64,000 bases of DNA from Deltaproteobacteria bacterium. GTDB lineage: Bacteria; Desulfobacterota; DSM-4660; Desulfatiglandales; Desulfatiglandaceae. Within the stretch, counting starts at the first letter, position 1. Every line of letters starts with the position of its first letter. Both the position numbers and the translations under genes were made by a program. Under the pieces are notes generated by a model. The model saw only the letters and a program-made list of their open reading frames with translations, made no database searches and was not told the DNA's origin. The stretch lies in contig JAGGTJ010000025.1 of the NCBI GenBank assembly GCA_021163815.1, positions 5,821 through 69,820 on the forward strand, in the 5' to 3' direction. Shown in pieces: positions 60,893 through 64,000 of the stretch.

Positions 60893-62785
60893 ATGACGCA
60901 GGATGAACTGATAGAACTGCTCAACGCTCATGAATGGCGTGATGTCGAATTCAAGGAAGCCCAGCGTGAGGTTCCACGCAGTGCTTACGAGACTGTTTCT
61001 GCGTTTGCAAATACTGAAGGCGGTCATCTTGTTTTTGGTGTCAGGAAAAATGGACAAGACTTCGAGATGGTCGGAGTCCTTGATGTCGATAAAGTTCAAA
61101 ATGATTTTCTGACTACGCTACGGCAGCCTGACAAGTTGAGTGTCATAGTGAATGTCCGGGAAGAATTATACAAACAAGGAGAGTCAGATCTGCTCGTCTT
61201 CTATGTGCCTGAAGCCCACCGTTCGGAAAAGCCCGTTTTCCTTAACAGAGATATCCGCCGTTCATATGTTCGTAGTGGCGGCTGCGATGTCCGCTGCTCG
61301 GACAATGAGCGAAACCGATTTCTTATGGATGCGGCTGCCGAGCGTTATGACGGCCAGCCTGTCGATCTCGACCTGAATACGGCATTCGATCCGGAGAGCA
61401 TTAATTGGTATCGAGCGGTCTATGAGGGAAGGCCAGGGAACCGTTCTCACGCAACACTATCCGACACGGATTTCCTCAAGGAAATGGGTTTGCTTGTTGA
61501 GCAACACGGCCAGATATCGCCATCGCGCGCAGCGATCTTTCTCTTCGGATCAAATGCGACCCTCCGGCAACTCCTTCCACGGCCGGTAGTGGACTGCCAG
61601 CGGTTCTCGTTGCCTCGCGACAGGGCGGATGCCGGTGAGCGATGGATTGACCGTCTCGTTCTCGACGAAAATCTCATTCGCTCCTGGCAATCCCTTATCG
61701 ATTGGTACCAAAGATTCGCGGAGCGGCCGTTCCGGGTTGACCCGGCATCCTTGCAACGAGACGACGCGCCACCGGACTACCGCGCCTTTCGTGAATCAAT
61801 GGTCAACCTACTCATCCATCAGGATTATTCTGATCATTCCCGGAAAGCGGAGATCCGCCACTATACCGACCAGACCGTTTTCTGGAATCCCGGCGATGCC
61901 TTCGCTACTGATACAGACCTGCTTGAACCCGGCGAAAAGGAGGTGCGCAATCCCAGGATCGTGACCGCTTTCCGGCGCATCGGACTGAGCGAGAACGCTG
62001 GATGGGGATTGCGTGATGTCTTCCGCAACTGGCAGCAGTTGGGCCATGTTCCGCCCACTATCACCAACAACAAGGGGCGTAAGTGCTTTGAACTTGTCCT
62101 CAAAAAAGAAGAACTCCTGTCGGAACATCAGGTTCTTTTCCAGGCAAGCCTCGGTGTGCAACTCACCGACGAACAAGCAAGGGTGTTTGCCTTTGCCTGC
62201 CGGGAAAAGGCGATCACGCTTCCGCAGATCAAGGCCGTGACGGGTCTTGCCGGACCGGATGCCGTGGAGCTTGCCGATACCCTGGTCACAAAAGTCCTCT
62301 TCAGGACCGTCGAGGACGGCAGAAAGTATGCCCTGGCGGAGCACCTGGAGGAACGGTTCCGTCGAACTGACCAAGCCACTGACCAACCAGATGCGCAGGC
62401 TGGGGACTTGATCACTGCACAAGTTCAGCCCGAGAAGCCCGACTTGTCCACTGCACAAGTCGAAGACCAAGCGGGAGACTTGTCCACTGGACAAGTTCAT
62501 ACCTTGACAGAACTTTCCGAAACACACTGGAAAATCATAGAGTTATGCGATGTGCCCCGTCGCCTGGTCGAGATTCTGGAAGCTCTTGGCGTGACCAACC
62601 GGGGTTATTTCAAGGAACACCATCTCGATCCGCTGATTCAGTCCGGGATTGTGGCGATGACCAACCCGAAGAACCCCCGGGCATCGAACCAGAAATATGT
62701 GATTACCGAAGCGGGAGCCCAACTCAAAGCGCGCCGCATGTCTGAGGAAACCGACCGAAGCGAGGACGAGAATGGCGAAGTCTAA
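60893..62785 (+). CDS. AlbA_2/Schlafen-domain protein with HATPase_c_4-like domain and C-terminal wHTH
   Basis: E..DVEFKEA, YETVSAFANTEGG.LVFGV, RE..VN.LIH.DY, RNP.I...FR and NPRASNQKY motifs. Confidence 0.8.
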   Translation: MTQDELIELLNAHEWRDVEFKEAQREVPRSAYETVSAFANTEGGHLVFGVRKNGQDFEMVGVLDVDKVQNDFLTTLRQPDKLSVIVNVREELYKQGESDLLVFYVPEAHRSEKPVFLNRDIRRSYVRSGGCDVRCSDNERNRFLMDAAAERYDGQPVDLDLNTAFDPESINWYRAVYEGRPGNRSHATLSDTDFLKEMGLLVEQHGQISPSRAAIFLFGSNATLRQLLPRPVVDCQRFSLPRDRADAGERWIDRLVLDENLIRSWQSLIDWYQRFAERPFRVDPASLQRDDAPPDYRAFRESMVNLLIHQDYSDHSRKAEIRHYTDQTVFWNPGDAFATDTDLLEPGEKEVRNPRIVTAFRRIGLSENAGWGLRDVFRNWQQLGHVPPTITNNKGRKCFELVLKKEELLSEHQVLFQASLGVQLTDEQARVFAFACREKAITLPQIKAVTGLAGPDAVELADTLVTKVLFRTVEDGRKYALAEHLEERFRRTDQATDQPDAQAGDLITAQVQPEKPDLSTAQVEDQAGDLSTGQVHTLTELSETHWKIIELCDVPRRLVEILEALGVTNRGYFKEHHLDPLIQSGIVAMTNPKNPRASNQKYVITEAGAQLKARRMSEETDRSEDENGEV

Positions 62786-64000
62786 GAAAGATGCCGAACA
62801 GCAGCAGTTGTTCAAGACCAGGCTGGTTCCCGGAAAAACGGGATCAGGCAAGCTTTTTGATGAAGAGATAGTCATGGACGACGGCCCGGTAGAGTGTCTC
62901 GGTATGACCTTCGAGAACGACGAAAAACGCCGGGAGTATTTCCTGGAGAAGCTTCGCGAGAAACTCAAGGACCCGGAGTTTCGCAAGATCGAGGGGTTCC
63001 CGATTGGCGAGGATGAGGACATCCTGGCCCTGTCTGATCCGCCGTACTACACCGCCTGCCCGAATCCGTTTATCGAGGATTTCATTAAGCAGTACGGCAA
63101 GCCATATGACCCGGAGACGGACGATTACCGGCGGGAACCGTTTGCTGCGGATGTGAGTGAGGGGAAATACGATCCACTATATAAAATCCATGCATATCCA
63201 ACAAAGGTCCCATTTAGAGCCATTATCAGATACCTCCTTCATTTCACGCAGCCAGGTGATCTGGTTTTCGATGGATTTGCAGGTACAGGTATGACTGGAG
63301 TTGCTGCTGAGATGTGTGGGAATCCTGAAGAAGTTAGCTCCATTGTGGATCCCAGCGATAATCTTCTCAAAGGCCAAAGGTATGCCATACTTTGTGATTT
63401 ATCCACAAATGCTACGCACATTGCGTCCAACTACGTAAGGCACATAGATGCCAGTGATTTCAAAAGACATTTCTCAGCTTATATTGCGAGATGTGAGGCC
63501 AAGATTAAGTGGCTATATCAAACACAAGATCCATCAACAGGACAAATTGGCATCATTAACTATGTTGTATGGAGCGAAGTGTTTTTCTGTGAACACTGTT
63601 CCCAAGAATATTCATATTGGGACTCTGCTGTCACTTACAAACCAGGAGATACTATCGGAAAAGTAGAGAATAAGCAGGTATGTCCTCACTGCGGCGCTGA
63701 AGCTACTAGGCGAACCGTTGAAAATGCAGTTGAAACTGTTTTTGATCCGTTTACTGGCACTACTATTGCTCAGAAGAAACATGTGCCTGTACTTATCAAC
63801 TATAAGATCGGTCAATCGCGACGGGAAAAGATTCCCGATGACTTCGACCTCACACTTTTGAAAAAAATCTCTGATACGCTACCAGAGATAACTGATTCAA
63901 TAAAAACGGCACCTTTGATGCTCAAAGAAGGTGTTGATAAATGGGGTGATCAACAGCGCGAGTATCATCTTGGGATCACTCATGCTCATCATTTTTTTTC
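62772..64000 (+). CDS. pglXI: BREX-3 DNA methyltransferase PglXI (runs off the window end)
   Basis: Not in the ORF track. Hand translation from ATG 62772 is open to the end: PVECLGMTF, LSDPPYYTACPNP, DVSEGK, VFDGFAGTGMTGVAA, CEHC...CPHC. Confidence 0.85.
   Translation, partial: MAKSKKDAEQQQLFKTRLVPGKTGSGKLFDEEIVMDDGPVECLGMTFENDEKRREYFLEKLREKLKDPEFRKIEGFPIGEDEDILALSDPPYYTACPNPFIEDFIKQYGKPYDPETDDYRREPFAADVSEGKYDPLYKIHAYPTKVPFRAIIRYLLHFTQPGDLVFDGFAGTGMTGVAAEMCGNPEEVSSIVDPSDNLLKGQRYAILCDLSTNATHIASNYVRHIDASDFKRHFSAYIARCEAKIKWLYQTQDPSTGQIGIINYVVWSEVFFCEHCSQEYSYWDSAVTYKPGDTIGKVENKQVCPHCGAEATRRTVENAVETVFDPFTGTTIAQKKHVPVLINYKIGQSRREKIPDDFDLTLLKKISDTLPEITDSIKTAPLMLKEGVDKWGDQQREYHLGITHAHHFF

Noticed and set aside
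62405..62497. CRISPR array
   Set aside because: Only three clear 21-nt units with 15-nt spacers, in frame inside a CDS, and no cas genes. Reported as a coding palindrome array instead.
56746..62527. Long antisense ORFs (289, 251 and 239 aa) in the island
   Set aside because: They are shadows of high-GC3 sense genes, with no recognisable motifs.

Overview
The window looks like a Desulfobacterota (deltaproteobacterial) chromosome, judged from gene content and order. Positions 1-55.9 kb are a moderate-GC backbone (about 42% in a sampled line) of mostly housekeeping genes: miaA, mutL, dapB, dapL, folK, tal, glmS, serS, resB/ccsA, dnaE, rarA, ffh-rpsP-khpA-rimM-trmD-rplS-rnhB, ptsH/ptsI, smpB, tmRNA and tRNA-Val. 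Small accessory genes are interspersed: an AT-rich orphan m4C methyltransferase fused to a nuclease-fold domain, sigma54-driven PEP-CTERM and flagellin genes, hicBA, hpnB and a MesB-type core methionine synthase. The intergenic DNA holds at least seven families of short non-autonomous repeats/MITEs, named A-G here. They include a four-level nested insertion at 30.4-30.9 kb, several copies with 8-bp target-site duplications, a 19-nt palindrome inserted into other elements, and element ends that supply stop codons of genes. No transposase is visible. After the tmRNA 3' end a higher-GC island begins that encodes a type 3 BREX system: Xis-like HTH, brxF, brxC/DUF6079, an inserted AlbA_2 gene and pglXI (truncated by the window end). 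The BREX genes contain an in-frame heptamer hairpin, an in-frame 36-nt-period palindromic array, and a compositional break in the methyltransferase. All calls come from reading the sequence and from remembered family motifs; no searches were run.
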